From: Hypanus sabinus
Taxonomy: Eukaryota
Reading direction: 5' to 3'
Assembly: GCF_030144855.1 (NCBI RefSeq)
Contig: NC_082720.1
Location: 57,598,001 to 57,662,000 of the forward strand
Length of the DNA stretch: 64,000 nucleotides
Part shown: in pieces, positions 23,284-36,465 of the stretch
Numbering within the stretch: the stretch's first letter is position 1
How the letters are laid out: the number at the start of each line of letters is the position of its first letter
Notes under the pieces: generated by a model
What the model was told of the DNA's origin: nothing
Databases searched by the model: none
What the model saw: only the letters and a program-made list of their open reading frames with translations
Made by a program: the position numbers and the translations under genes

Positions 23284-25737
23284 ATGGGATATTATCAAAT
23301 ATTTTGGAGGCTAAACTGGCAATTGCTGTATTGTGTCTTCTTCGAATGGGCTGCGGCTTCTGGACAGATTCGTTATTCGATCTCTGAAGAACTACAAGTG
23401 GGCGCCTTTGTTGGAAATATCGCAGACGATCTGGGTCTACGTGCAAGGGAGCTCTCAGCTCGCAATTTTCAGATCGTACCTGGTTCCCGGAAACAGTATT
23501 TGGAGGTAAATTTAGACAATGGGATTATGTCTGTTAAAGAGAAAATCGACAGGGAGCAGTTATGTGGAACGAGCCTCGCGTGCACGTTGTCTTTGGAGGC
23601 TGTAGTCGAAAATCCATTGACTGTGTATCACATCGAAGTGTCGGTTCTTGATATAAACGACAATTCTCCCAGTTTCCCAAATAACCAACTTCACCTTAAA
23701 ATCTCCGAGCTTGCTGCACCGGGAGCGCAGTTTCCCCTGGAGTGTGCACACGATCCGGATGTCGGAACCAATTCCCTGCAAACCTACCAGCTAACTGCTA
23801 ACGAGTATTTCGTGTTAAATATTGACTCGCACGGTGGAACCGGTAAGTTGCCAATATTAGTGTTGGAACGGCCTTTGGATCGGGAAAAGCAAGCGACACA
23901 TAAATTGGGATTGCTTGCCAAAGACGGCGGTATTCCTGCTCAGACTGGCGGTGCTGATATAATTATTGCAGTGCAGGACGAAAACGACAACGCGCCCGTC
24001 TTCCCAAATTCCGTTTACAGAATTAATCTGCCAGAAAATGTACCCAAAGGGACACTAGTTATCAGATTAAATGCCACTGATCTAGATATTGGCTCTAATG
24101 GAGACATATCATACTCATTCAGTAGTCAGAATACAGCTAAAATCCGTAAATTGTTTTCTGTGGACTCCAGAGCAGGGGATATCAGAGTGAAAGGCAATCT
24201 GGACTATGAGGAATACAGTACATTTGAAATCAACGTGCAGGCACTGGACCAGGGTACTAATGCAAATGCTGGATACTGTCACCTTGTGGTTAATATTATC
24301 GATGTCAACGATAACGCCCCTGAGGTAAAGTTAACCACTTTATTCAGCCCCGTTCGTGAAGATTCACCACCTGGGACTGTGGTTGCTCTGATTGGTGTGT
24401 CCGACCAAGACTCGGGTGCAGATGGGCAGATAGAGTGTGAAATTACAGACGGATTACCCTTTATACTGGATTCGTCCTTGAGGAATTATTACAGATTACT
24501 TACTGAGAATTTGCTGGATAGAGAAAATACTTCCAGTTATGACGTTTCTGTCATGTGCAGTGACTTGGGCTCTCCTCCTCTCGCATCCAGAAAAACAATT
24601 ACAGTGGAAGTTTCGGATATAAATGACAACGCGCCACACTTTACGCAGTCATCCTATACAGTTTACGTGATGGAGAACAACGTCATAGGGGCGTCAATCA
24701 TCACAGTGACAGCGGTTGACCCAGACATGAGCCAGAACTCCCAGGTATTTTACTCAATTCTGGAGAAGCAATCTCTGAGTGAGCCTTTGTCCACTTACGT
24801 CAGTGTCAACTCCAAGAACGGGGTTATATTCGCTCAAAGGGCTTTTGATTACGAGTATCTCAAAAGCTTTCAGATCAAAGTCCAGGCCAGGGATTCTGGA
24901 GACCCGCCACATATTGCCACCGCTTCGGTGGATGTAATTATCCTTGACCAGAATGACAACGCCCCGGTGATTGTGCACCCGGCCACAGAACACGGCTCAA
25001 CGGCATTTGAAACAGTATCCCGCTTCGCAGAGCCAGGCTACCTGGTGACAAAGCTTACAGCAACTGATTCTGACTCGGGCCAGAATGCACGTCTCTCTTA
25101 CCGGATTCTACAGTCCACTGACCCAGGACTTTTCACCATCTCACCCGATACGGGAGAAATATGGACAATTCGCAAATTTACGAGGAAAGACGCAAACAAG
25201 CAAAGGCTGATTGCTGTGGTAAATGATAACGGGACGCCGTCACTTTCTGCAACAATGACTCTTATCTTGTCGGTGGTGGAAGACGATATGGAAATTCTCT
25301 CGCGTGTGGAAGATTCATCTGAAGATGCTGGATTGACCAGTGACATAACATTCTACTTAATTATAGCTTTAGGGATAATCTCATCCACTTTCTTTGTTAT
25401 TTTAATTGGTCTTGTCATTACAGTGTACAGAAACAGAACTGGGTTTGGCGGTTATGCATGTTCCCTGGATACATGCTGTTGTTTTCCAACGAGGACCTCG
25501 TTCAAGGGCTTCCAAAAGAGTAGGAGAACTCTTCAGATACCACCGAATTACGTTGAAGTATTTGGGGGTGATCCTCTTTCTCAAAGTTTCCGTTATGGCA
25601 CCTGTTCCACTTCCAATTCGACAAAGGGAGAGTTGTCGTACTCCAGCGGGTACCGAGGTGAAGCCAGGAGTGCAATTGCGTGCAGTAACGAACAGTCTCA
25701 ATCATTATATTCTAACCATTGTAGCAACGTTCAAAAG
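23284..25737 (+). CDS. Clustered protocadherin variable exon 5
   Basis: ORF 23263..25746; ATG 23284; 6 EC + TM + cytoplasmic domain; donor AAG|GTGAGA at 25737/25738, phase 0. Confidence 0.95.
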
Positions 25738-25837
25738 GTGAGATGATTGTGTAAATTGGCCGGTCCATAAATGCACATAACTACGGTGTATTGTTGCAGA
25801 TAAATAACCCTTAACTTGCACTTTAAGATTTTTATAA

Positions 25838-26010
25838 GCAACAGATAAAATGCTTGAAGAAGTCAGCGAGTCAGGCAGCATCTTTGAAGGGAAATGGAAT
25901 CGAGACCCTTCATAGGGGCTATTTGATATCAAACCTGACACACTGAACACTTCTGGCTTTTTGTATGTTGCTCCAGAGTTCCAGCATTTGCAGTCTCTCA
26001 TGTCTCCTTT
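25838..26010. repeat. Penelope-like terminal remnant
   Basis: TGCTTGAAGAAGTCAGCGAGTCAGGCAGCATC...GAGACCCTTCA...TTCCAGCATTTGCAGT, same family as 4596-4745. Confidence 0.5.
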
Positions 26011-26699
26011 GCGCTTTTCTCAATCGACCTGTGTAAAGTAAACTTCACTCTTCACGTGGCACCCTTCTGATTGATGCGACGTTAACAATTAATGTAATTC
26101 GTTGGTTGTTTTTGCAATTTCTCCTACTTGGCAATTAATTGGTCGTATAATTGTATGTTGTAGGTGACATCAGTTCGTTGCACGTGTAAGATAAAACTTC
26201 ATTGCAATCAGATAGAGAATAGATGTTCACCCATCGGTCAGACTTGAATGTGATGGCAGGTACATTCTTCATCTGGGTTGATATAAAACAATCTTAACGA
26301 GCACTTGTTAGCACTATATAATATATTAAAACGTGTTGTTTAGCTTGATAGGTAACATTTCTTTTTTTTTTTTTGAGGATATAGCGTCATCAACGTGCCA
26401 AAACTATGTATGCGCTTAATAGTAACGGGGTCGAGCGCTCTAAATGGAAACGAGTGAAGTAAGGAACCACGTTGTATTAAGATTGAAAACACAGTTATGA
26501 AGGTGAAACTGTGCAATGAATTAATTATATAAAACGCATGGACTGACTGGAGAGGACTCAATCGGGCAAATTTACCTATTAGCGTAAATATGAATAATTA
26601 TATCGATGTTACGCAAGAACATAAGAGCACCACAACAGTGTAACAATAGGCCATTCGAGAGTGGACTATCGCTATCTTCATTTCTTATCAGATTCAATA

Positions 26700-27030
26700 C
26701 TCGACAGTCATTTGTGTCCACATATCACTTTTCGGCCTCCTCCACTATCTCCGTTCATCCCATCCCACTCATCACCACTTTATCTGTCAACACTTCCAAT
26801 CCTATATCTAGCTCATTACATTAGATCCTCCCTCAATGTTCTCACTCACCTCTTTAGACTGTCTCTCCCCTTTACACACTCAGTCCTGGTTCAGGTCTAG
26901 ACTTCACCACTTTATCCTGCCTCGCTTCCCTTTACGGTCTTGATAACGGGGCGGTGACTGAAACGTAGAGGACCCTCTGCATCCGTAGACACTGCTTGAT
27001 GCACTGAGCTCCTCCAGCAGCTTCTTTGTT
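26700..27030 (+). repeat. Penelope-like terminal remnant with C/T-rich tract
   Basis: CT-rich region then CTTGATAACGGGGCGGTGACTGAAACGT..CTGCTTGATGCACTGAGCTCCTCCAGCA. Confidence 0.45.
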
Positions 27031-27136
27031 TACCTTGGGCCAGTGAGGTTCTTGTGCCCGCTGAAACATTCAAAAAGATCATCCCTATACCTGAAAATCA
27101 CTTACACACGGAATCCTCACATGCCTTGATTTCCTC

Positions 27137-28310
27137 AAAAGTCAAAGTAAATTTATTATTGAAGTACCTATAGGTCACCATAGACTACCCTGAGATTCAT
27201 TTTCTTGCGGGCATTTACAGGAAAGCAAAGAAATCCAATAGAATTCACCAAAACAAAAACTGGCAAACAACCAATATGCAAAATGTGCGAATAGATAAGT
27301 AAATAATACTGTCAACATAAGTTGTGGAGTTCTTCAAAGCGAGTCTGCAGGTAGAGAAATCGTTAAGGTGAACGAAATTATCCATGCAGGCTCCAGAGCC
27401 TGATGATTGTAGGGTAATATATGTTCCTGAACCTGGTGGTATGCGATCTTGGGCTTCTACACTTTCAGAACGATTGTAGTAGTGAGAAGACAGCATGGCC
27501 TGAATGAGAGTTGTTGATGATAGGTGCTGCTTTCATGTGACAATGCTTCTTGTAGATATGGTCAATGCTGGGCAGAGCTTTGCCTGTGATGGGCTGGGCT
27601 GTATCCATCACATTCTGTAGCCTTTTTTCGTTCCGGGCATTGCTGTTTTCATACCAGGCCTTGATGCGACCAGCCAGGGTGCTTTCCTCTGTGCATCTAT
27701 AGAAATTTGTCATTTTTTTAGACAAAGTTGCACAAACTGAAGCCGAATCTACGAAAATTTCTAAGAAAGTAGAGGCGCTGCGGTGCACTCTTTTTGATGT
27801 CACGTAGGTGCTGGTCCCAGGACAGATAATATGATATGTTAGTAACTTAAAGTTATTTAGAAATTCAAAGTTACCTCCGATCTCCTAAAGGGGATTGGCA
27901 ATGGGCCTGCTCTATCTTCCTCCTGTAGTCGATAATCAGCTCTTTGGTTTTGCTAACATTGAGTGAGAGGTTATCAGCCATTCAACCATATTTTCAACCT
28001 CCCTCCTATATGCCGATTCGTTACCACCTTTGCTTCGGCCAACAACAGGGCTGTCCTCAACAAGCTTAAATATTGCATTAGAGCTGTACTTAGTCACACA
28101 ATCGAAGATCTAAAGCGAGTAGAGCAGAGGGTGACCACTCAGTCTGATGCTGCACCTGTGCATTTGGTGATTGTGGAGGAGAGGCTGTTGCCAATCGTAC
28201 CTGTTGGGATTTGCAATAGAGGAAAGTGGGTATCCAGGAAGGTGTTGAGGCCTAAATCTTGGAGATGCAGTGTTGAATTATGAACTGTAGTCAATGAAGA
28301 GCATCTGGAT
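27137..28310 (-). mobile_element. Rex1/Babar-like LINE fragment (degenerate RT C-terminal half plus 3' UTR)
   Basis: ORF 27465..27803(-) NFYRCTEESTLAGRIKAWY..GHAVFSLL; RT-like TITKCTGAA near 28150; 3' tail at 27137. Confidence 0.75.
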
Positions 28311-28319
28311 ATATAAAAG

Positions 28320-29826
28320 GGATGTTCGGTAGATAAAGGGGAAACAGTGATGTTGTATATTTCGTCTTTCAGAAGGCCTTTATCGAAGTGCCACACGTGG
28401 CTGCTTAGCAACTTAACAGCCCATGGTATTACAGGAAATTTACTAACATGGTTAGAGCATTGGCTGACTAGTAGGAGGCAGCGAGTTGGAAAAAAGGGAT
28501 CCTTTTCTGTTTGGATGCCAGTGACTAGTGGTGTTCCACAGGGATCAGTGTTGGGACCACTACTTTGTATGCTGTATATAAATGATTTAAATGACATAAT
28601 AAATGGCTTTGTTGCTAAGTTTGCAAATGATACAAAGGTTGGTGGAATGACAGGCAGTGTTGATGAAACAGGTGGAATGCAGAAGGAGTTAGACAGGTTA
28701 GGAGAATGGGCCAAAAAGTGTCAAATGAAATACAAAATGCATGGCCATGCACTTTGGTAGTAGAAATAAATGTGCGAACTGTATTCTTTCTTTTTCAATC
28801 TTTTTATTAAATTTCATATATATAAAAAAAACAACACATAATAATGAATAGATTACAAATTCAATAAACTTGAGACTACATTAGTAATAGGATAATAATA
28901 TCCTATTAAAACATCCATCAACAAAAGGTACATAAATCAATCAAGTCTATATAAATATATATGAAAAAAAACAAAAATAATCATCGAAAAAAGAAAAAAA
29001 AAATTGAAATTATATATGAGAAAAAATATATATTGAAAAAAAATACTAAACTAAACTAACATGGGCAATAATAATAACTGTTTTCTAAGCAGGGAAAAAA
29101 TCCAATAATCTGAGTTGCAAGAGGTCCTGGGAGCCTTATGTAGAACACCCTAATGGTTAACTTGCAGGTTGAGTTGGTGGTCAGAAAGGCAAATGCCATG
29201 TTAGCATTCATCTAGATCTAGATCTAGAATACAAGAGCCTTTATAAGTCAATGGTGAGGGCTCACATTGAGTATTGTGAACAGTTTTGGGCCCCTCATCT
29301 TAGAAAAGTTGTGCTGGCATTGGAGAACGTCCAGAGAAGGTTCACAAAGATGATTTCAGGAATGAAAAGTTTATCATACGAGGAACGTTTAATTGCTGTT
29401 GGTCTGTACTCGCTGGACTTCAGAAGAATGAGGGGAGATCTCATTGAAACGTTTCGAATGTTGAAAGTCCAAAACAGAGTAGATGTGAAAAGGATATTTC
29501 CCATTGTGAGAGAGTCTAGGACAAGAGGGCACAGCCTTAGGTTAGAGGGACGCCCTTTCAAAACAGAGATGCGGAAGAATTTCGCTAGCCAAGGGATGGT
29601 GTATTTGCTGAATTTGTTGCCACGTGCTGCTGTGCAGGCCAGATCGTTGGTTGTATTTGAAGCAGAGATTGATAGGTTCTTGATTGGACACGGCATCAAA
29701 GATTGCGGGGAGTTGGCCGGGCACTGTGGTTGAGGAGGAGAAGAAAGAAGGATCAGCCATGATTGAATGGCAGAACAGACTCGATAGGCCAGATGGCCTA
29801 ATTCTGCTCCTATGTCTTATGGTCTT
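28320..29826 (+). mobile_element. CR1 LINE fragment (RT domain to 3' end), interrupted by an AT-rich insert
   Basis: ORF 28347..28760 VTSGVPQGSVLGPLL..YINDL..KFANDTK; ORF 29251..29733 HIEYCEQFWAPHL..RGDLIETF..RTRGHSL; tail TTCTGCTCCTATGTCTTATGGTCTT. Confidence 0.9.
28783..29075 (-). mobile_element. AT-rich retroposed insert nested in CR1
   Basis: A/T-rich tract splitting collinear CR1 sequence, flanked by AACTGT at 28777 and 29076. Confidence 0.5.
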
Positions 29827-30550
29827 CTCACCCTTGTTATGAGCAATTCTCTTTACAACGCAGCTACACCAGGAGGAGAATTTTCGTGCATTGAATTATA
29901 TTGACACTGTACGTGCAGCCCAAACAAAACTAAATGAAGTTTCGCCCATGACTTTTGAAAAAAAATTATATAGATTTGAATTACCAAAAGGACAATCTGG
30001 AAACGAGAGAGAGTAACTAAATTTCGCGCGCTAATAAGCATTCATGTGCAATTGGGAGAATTTGTACTTTCCTGAGATTTCTGACATCTGCAAATACTCG
30101 CTGCATCAATGCATCTATATAGAATATATAGGTGCCGTTGGATAATTCTGTTTTAATTTGGGAAAAAAAAACATTGATAGACACGGTAAATCACCTTGTG
30201 CTTTGATCCCGAAGAGGATTTGGACCGAATGGTAAAAGTTAAAGCAAGTTTATGCTAATCCACTGTGTAGTGTTGCTTCCTAATAGATAAGTTCTGAATT
30301 GTTTGCTACTACTGAGAGTGCACATGACCAAGGCATTTAAAGGTAGTAAAATATATTTCACAAATAATTGCACCAAAATTACATTTGTTCAGCCGAAATG
30401 TGGGATAGGGAAATATAGTGCATGCTCTTCTTCATATATATGTGCTCTTCTCGATGCGTTTCCTGAATAGGGAAACTTTGAATATATTGCAAATATTTCT
30501 TAAAGAAAAACTGAAATATTGAAGGTTAAAGTGTATGAATATATTTTGAT

Positions 30551-30722
30551 TGTGCAACAATAAATGAAGGCTAAATCGCTTTAATAAGACAGTCTTGCTT
30601 TAAGAAACAAACTGTATTCTAATTGGTTAAAAATGACCTACCAATCAGCAGTTGTTATCTGACTGGAGATCCTGACTGTCCTTTTTCTTGCACCATTGCA
30701 TATGAAGACGAGACAATGTAAA
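30551..30722 (+). promoter_or_regulatory. Conserved promoter cassette of gene 6
   Basis: TGTGCA 30551, TAAAT 30561, GCTTTAAG 30597, ATTGG 30622, CCAAT 30641, CTGGAGATCC 30663. Confidence 0.85.
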
Positions 30723-30951
30723 TTGGATAGCGAGCTGCCTTGGGTTGCAGCCGTTTCCTTCAGCCCATCTTTCGTGGATTTTAGCATCCAACTGGAGAAA
30801 CTCATCAAATAATCGAGACTTCTTATCGAAAGAGAAGATACTCTTTTTTACAAGGAAGCCTTTCTTCTGAAGGTATACATCTTTTTATCACGGGAATAAA
30901 CCGAAAGCCACGGGTATCGCACGGAAGCCATTGGAATGTTTAACACCGGCG

Positions 30952-33405
30952 ATGAAATGTTATAAACTATTTTGTTTCTTAAAAAGGGAACTGTTGTGTT
31001 ACATGTTTATCGCCTGGGAGCTAGTTTTCGCAGAAATTCATTATTCGATTCCCGAGGAATTGCAGCGAGGCGCCTTTGTTGGGAATATTGCAGACGATTT
31101 GGGTTTAGACGTTAAACAGCTCGCGGCTCGTAATTTCCGTCTTGTGCCAGGTGAAAGAAAGCAGTATTTGGAGGCAGATATAAACAGTGGGATTTTATTA
31201 GTAAAGGAAAAAATTGACAGGGAGGAGCTCTGTGGTCCAAGCCTTGCTTGCGTTCTGTCGTTGGAGGCCGTGCTTGACAATCCTCTCAGTCTGTATCAAA
31301 TCGAAGTGGATATTCTGGATATTAATGACAATTATCCCAGTTTTCCAAAGAGCCTGTTTCGGATTGAAATATCTGAGCTTACCGTGCCGGGGGCTCGCTT
31401 CCCCCTCGAGTCCGCTCACGATCCGGATATTGGAACTAACTCCATTCAAACCTACCAGCTGGTGGCAAATGATTTCTTTGCATTAAACATTGAAGCTGGT
31501 ATCGCAGACTGGAAATTGCCAGTTTTAGTGCTGCAACAGCCCTTGGACAGGGAGACGCGTTCGGCCCACAAGCTACTGCTCTTGGCCAAAGATGGCGGGA
31601 TCCCCGAAAGGTCGGGCAGTACCGAAATAAACATCGCAGTGGAAGATGCTAACGATAATACGCCGATTTTCTCTCAGTCGGTATACAAGGCTAGTTTGTT
31701 AGAAAATGTGGCCAAAGGGACAATAGTACTGCAAGTAAATGCCACTGATTTGGATGATGGTTCAAACGGAGAGATTCTATTTTCTTTCAGTAGTCATACC
31801 TCTGCCAGGGTTCGTGAAATTTTTAACTTAGATCCTCAAACTGGTGAAATAAAACTTAATAGGAATTTAGATTACGAAGAAAATAATGTATATGATATTA
31901 TAATACAAGCTAAGGACAAGGGTAGTTACGCTACTGCCGTGTACAGTCACATTTTGTTGACTATTTTAGATGTAAATGATAACTCGCCTGAGGTTACCCT
32001 AACATCTTTGTCAAGCCCAATTCCCGAGAACTCGCCGCCTGGAACTGTAGTCGCTCTAATAAGTGCGTCTGATAGAGATTCCGGCGAGAATGCGGAACTC
32101 CGGTGTCAAGTCGTAAATAAAGTGCCTTTCATATTGGATTCCTCCTCAAAGAAGCACTTAAGATTACTTACACGCGATTTGCTGGACCGAGAATCGGCCT
32201 CCATGCACAACGTAACCGTTGCCTGCAGTGACGGCGGAAGTCCGCTTCTCACCACTAGCAAAACCATTCCAATTGAGGTTTCAGACAGAAATGACAACTC
32301 TCCACAATTTTCGAAACCTGTGTTCACAGCCTCCGTGATGGAGAACAATGATATTGGTGCCTCCATATTCTCCATGACAGCATTTGATCCGGACCTGGAT
32401 GAAAATGCTCGGATATCGTACAATATTCTGGACAGTTGGGTAGAGGGGCAGTTAGTGAACAATTATATCTATATTAATTCGGAGACTGGGATTATATATA
32501 CTTACCGATCATTTGACTATGAAGAGTTAAAAACCTTTCAGATTCAGGTTCGGGCACGTGACCACGGAGTCCCATCGCTTTCCAGTAATGTCTCCGTAGA
32601 CGTCATCATCCTTGACCAAAATGATAACGCCCCAGTGATCGTTCATCCATTAGGGCCAGCGACAACGGAGGTCGTATCCCGATTCGCTGAAGCAGGCTAT
32701 CCGGTAACCAAAGTTACGGCTACAGATGCCGACTCGGGACAAAATGCTCGCCTCTGCTATCGGATCCTCCAGGCTACTGACTTCGCACTTTTTACTATTT
32801 CAGAGGGGACGGGAGAAATATGGACAACTCGTGCTATTACAAAGAACGATGCATCCAAACAAAAATTGGTTGTCCAAGTGAATGACAATGGGACACCTGC
32901 ACTTTCTGCTTCTATAACTATTATTTTGACTTTGAGAGATGGGGAACAACCATTGCTTTCCGACAAAAATATTTTGCCGCAAGGGCCTAACTTTGCTTCT
33001 GTAACCAGCCTTTTCTTAGTGATTTCATTAGCAATAACTTCAACTATTTTTCTGGCTATTTTGATTTTACTAGCTGTTAAATTTCACAAAAGCAGAAATG
33101 TATTTGAGGACCACTGTGTACTGGGCCCGTGTTGTTGCTTACGTACAAAACGATCACTGAATGGAATTCAGAAAGCCAGCCGCAGCCTCCACATTCCTCC
33201 GAACTATGTTGAAGTATTTGGAGGCGATCCGCTGTCACAAAGTTATCGGTATGAGATGTGTTCCATGGCACGTTCGACAAAGGGAGACTTCATGTTCCCC
33301 AAAACCAATGGTTCATCAAAGGGAGGTAACAAAGCGGCTGGTGAAGTTGTTGTGAAGGCAGAAACTTCATTATTCACAAATTATGGGAACCCTGCTCATT
33401 CTGAG
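30952..33405 (+). CDS. Clustered protocadherin variable exon 6
   Basis: ORF 30931..33444; ATG 30952; 6 EC + TM + cytoplasmic domain; donor GAG|GTGAGA at 33405/33406, phase 0. Confidence 0.95.
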
Positions 33406-33719
33406 GTGAGAGGCTTGTTTGGTAGGAGAGGCTTGTTTGGTTAACTCAAATCTGGAAGGGGATTGGCATCAGGGAGTTAACAGATTTTATTTAGCTTATT
33501 GTGCTATTGATCCAGCGCAGACAGAATCAGAAGTGTCGTATCCAATAGGTGTTTACATCAATATACGGTTAAATAATTGTTATGACTACCACTTTGCTGT
33601 CCAATTGTATTGAACCCAGCTGTCCAGGATATCGTACGATATCCGAGTATTTCCATCAAGGTCCGGATCAAATCCTGTTAAATCGTGACACAAAACTCCT
33701 TCCCTTTCTCCCGCGGTGC

Positions 33720-33975
33720 ACACTTCCCTCCTGTCAGGTTCCTTCTTCCCCAGTCCTTTCTCCAACTATCAACTACCAGCTTGCACTCCTTCCGCTCACC
33801 ACACCACCTTATTCTAGCATTCACACTCACCCCCACCTCCCCCCCATCCACTCCCGAGGATGGATCTCAGCCGGAAACGCCGTCTATTTATTCTTCTCCG
33901 GAGATACTGCCTGATTTGCTGAGTTACTCTAACATTTTTGTATGATGCTCTGAATTTCCAGCATCTGCAGTATGT
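33720..33975 (+). repeat. Penelope-like terminal remnant
   Basis: C/T-rich tract then CCGAGGATGGATCTCAGCCGGAAACG..CTGCCTGATTTGCTGAGTTACTC..TTCCAGCATCTGCAGT. Confidence 0.5.
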
Positions 33976-34767
33976 CTTGTGTTTATAAGTTGATCGTGAC
34001 GTTGGTTCGGTGTGGAGGGGATGAGGGATTACAGTCGCAAACCTGTAAAAGAACTAACTTTTGATTTCGTGTTATTATTAATAAAATACGTCCGAAACGG
34101 AAGGGGTATCGTAGCCCATTGATACGTGGGGATTGAGAAGGACATCCAATCCGCTATTGCCGTCAAACATTTAATACATTGTCATTAGTGTTATGCTCTT
34201 CAAGGAAGAGTTTGGCCATGTAACCAGGGTCCTGCATCTAACCCACTTTCAGCAATGAGTTCAGGGCCCATACAAAATATTTAAAAAATTCTCTCACGTA
34301 TCCTGTAACCTTTCTGACGAATTCTGCAATCTATCACTCCCAACCGCTGCTTCCTCCCACCCCGGCACCACCACCCAGCTTTAAACACCCTTATCCAACA
34401 GGGTCTATATTACCTGAGTCTCCTATGATTTAACGCGCCTCAGTTAAAACTCTCCCGAACACTTCATATCCAATTGTACTTATAATTGCTAAATGGGAAA
34501 ATGTCAGTCAATGTGCATACGGTTACCATAAGCTTTAAAGTGGAATAAAGGCGGAAAAGTTATTTAAAGTATCCCAGTAGAAGGTTAATAAGGATTGACC
34601 AGGGCAGGGAGCCCAACTCCCCTGTTCTTCAAAGTTATGCCAGGGGATCTTGTCATCCCACAGGGAGCAGACAGAACAACGGTAGAATATGAAATCTATG
34701 AAAGTTCAACAATTTAAATTCGGCATTGTTCTTTACAGAGAAAACTATTCCCTTCATCATTATGTTT

Positions 34768-35620
34768 ACATTCTGTGGCCATTTTATTAGGTACAACTGT
34801 ACTGATGCTCGTTAACGAAAATATATTTTTATAGGCATCCGTTAGTCTCGTGAGACCATAGATTTGCGACTTGGAAGGTTTCCAGGGCGCAGGCCTGGGC
34901 AGGGTTGCATGGGAGACCGGCAGTTGCCCAAGCTGCAAGCCTTTCCCTCTCCATGCCACCGATGTTGTTCAAGAGAAGGGCACTAGGACTCAAGCAGCTT
35001 GGCACCGGTGTCGTCACAGAGCAATGTGTTGTCAAGTGCCTTGCTCAAGGACACAATGTGCTGCCTCAGCTGAGGCTCGAACCAGTAACTTTCAGATCAC
35101 TAGATCTGATGCTTTATCTACTAGGCTACCAGTCAACACTCGAAAATATCTATTGAATGCTTAAAAGTAGTATACAGATATTGTCAAAAGGTTCAGTTAT
35201 TATTTAGACAAAATATCAGAGTAAGGAAGAACAGAGACCTAAGTGACTTTGACTGTGGAATGATAGTTAGTTCTAGACGGGGTGGTGTGAACATCTCAGA
35301 AACTGTTTATCTCCTGGCAATTTCTCTGGTGTTTACAGAGAAGGGTACGAAAAACAAATAAAACATCCGGAGAGCGGCAATTCTGTGACTAAAGAGGCAT
35401 TGTTAATGAGAAAGGTCAGTGGAGAATGGCCAGACTGACAACAAGGAGACGGGTAACTAAAATAATCACTAATTGCAACAGTGCTGTGTAGAAGAGCATC
35501 ACTACATGCAGAACACGTCGAGCCTTGAAATGGGTGGAATACTTTTTAGTAGAACTCCAGGAACATACACTCATTGGCCACTTTACAGCAGGAATATAAT
35601 AAAGTTGCCTCTGAGTGTAT
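34768..35620 (+). mobile_element. Tc1/mariner non-autonomous remnant containing a nested SINE
   Basis: Left end ACATTCTGTGGCCATTTTATTAGGTACA; transposase-like DLSDFDCGMIVSSRRGGVNISET near 35235; right end ..AATAAAGTTGCCTCTGAGTGTAT; inverse copy of 14752-17177. Confidence 0.75.
34825..35140 (-). mobile_element. tRNA-headed SINE nested in the Tc1 remnant
   Basis: Core AAGTGCCTTGCTCAAGGACACAA; B-box-like GGTTCGAGCC on the minus strand; 9-bp TSD CGAAAATAT at 34816 and 35141. Confidence 0.7.
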
Positions 35621-36043
35621 AAGCACATCCAGATTCAGTTAAAATTCGTCCTTTAAGAATGCAGAGGCACCGTCATAGCTGTAAATGACTGCCTCCATTT
35701 GATTGGCTACTTTCTGAATATTATTCTTTTCCCTCCTACCTCAAGAAGGGATTGAAATTGTCTTTTTTTCTCTGTTTTCACTTCAATAATATTTACACAT
35801 TGCTGTATTGCTGAAAGTAACATGAAATAATGTTCAGTTTATTTAAAACAAGTTAAATGCTAAATATTAAATGACAGTTCCGACATGTGTTGGCGAATTA
35901 AACCCGACTTAGTCTTCAGCGATGTATAACTCTTGATCAGGTCTGAATTACAAATGATCTCTGTGCAAAATTTACGGTAGAATTTAATATTGCTGTTAAT
36001 AGAATGTAAAACAATGAATTTAAATGTTTATTAGATTTTATAT

Positions 36044-36230
36044 TGTACACCTTTAAATGTAGACAATGGCGCCAAGTATTGGGAATACAGTCCAGCTTTA
36101 AGAAATGCTTAGTGTGGTGATTGGCTGAACGTAAGTCAGCTTCATGAGCCAATGAGCGATTGTAATGTGCCTGGAGATCCTTGCTGTACGACCCTCCCCT
36201 TCCGCCATTGTGTACGAGTAGATGCCGTGC
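36044..36230 (+). promoter_or_regulatory. Conserved promoter cassette of gene 7
   Basis: TGTACA 36044, GCTTTAAG 36095, ATTGG 36120, CCAAT 36149, CTGGAGATCC 36171, CCCTCCCCTTCCGCCAT. Confidence 0.85.
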
Positions 36231-36465
36231 ATCATGGATAGAACTGCCTGTCGTTACATTCGGTTCTTTACAATCATCTGTTGGCGAAATTAGAAGAAAT
36301 AAGAAGGTTTGTCGGAAATCCAAACACAGAATTTTTGAGCAGTATGTATGGTTTTATGAAATTCGGCTGTATTTGTCAAAATGGAACCATGATTTGCTCT
36401 TTTTGGCAGGAATTATTGAACGGTGCAACGTTGTTCTCAATTGTTTGAAATGCTTTATGCTGGAA

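Noticed and set aside
15018-29733. Reverse-transcriptase fragments as a diversity-generating or domesticated system linked to the Pcdh array
   Set aside because: All are truncated, frameshifted ordinary LINE copies (RTE, Rex1-like, CR1) in mixed orientations, with no template/variable repeat pair.
36181-36465. Long N-terminal extensions in the ORF track (genes 7, 9, 10, 13; TTG starts in genes 1, 4, 5, 6, 11)
   Set aside because: Non-ATG starts that run into promoter or leader sequence; genes 1-3 and 12 have an in-frame stop in the equivalent place; signal peptides align from the downstream ATG.
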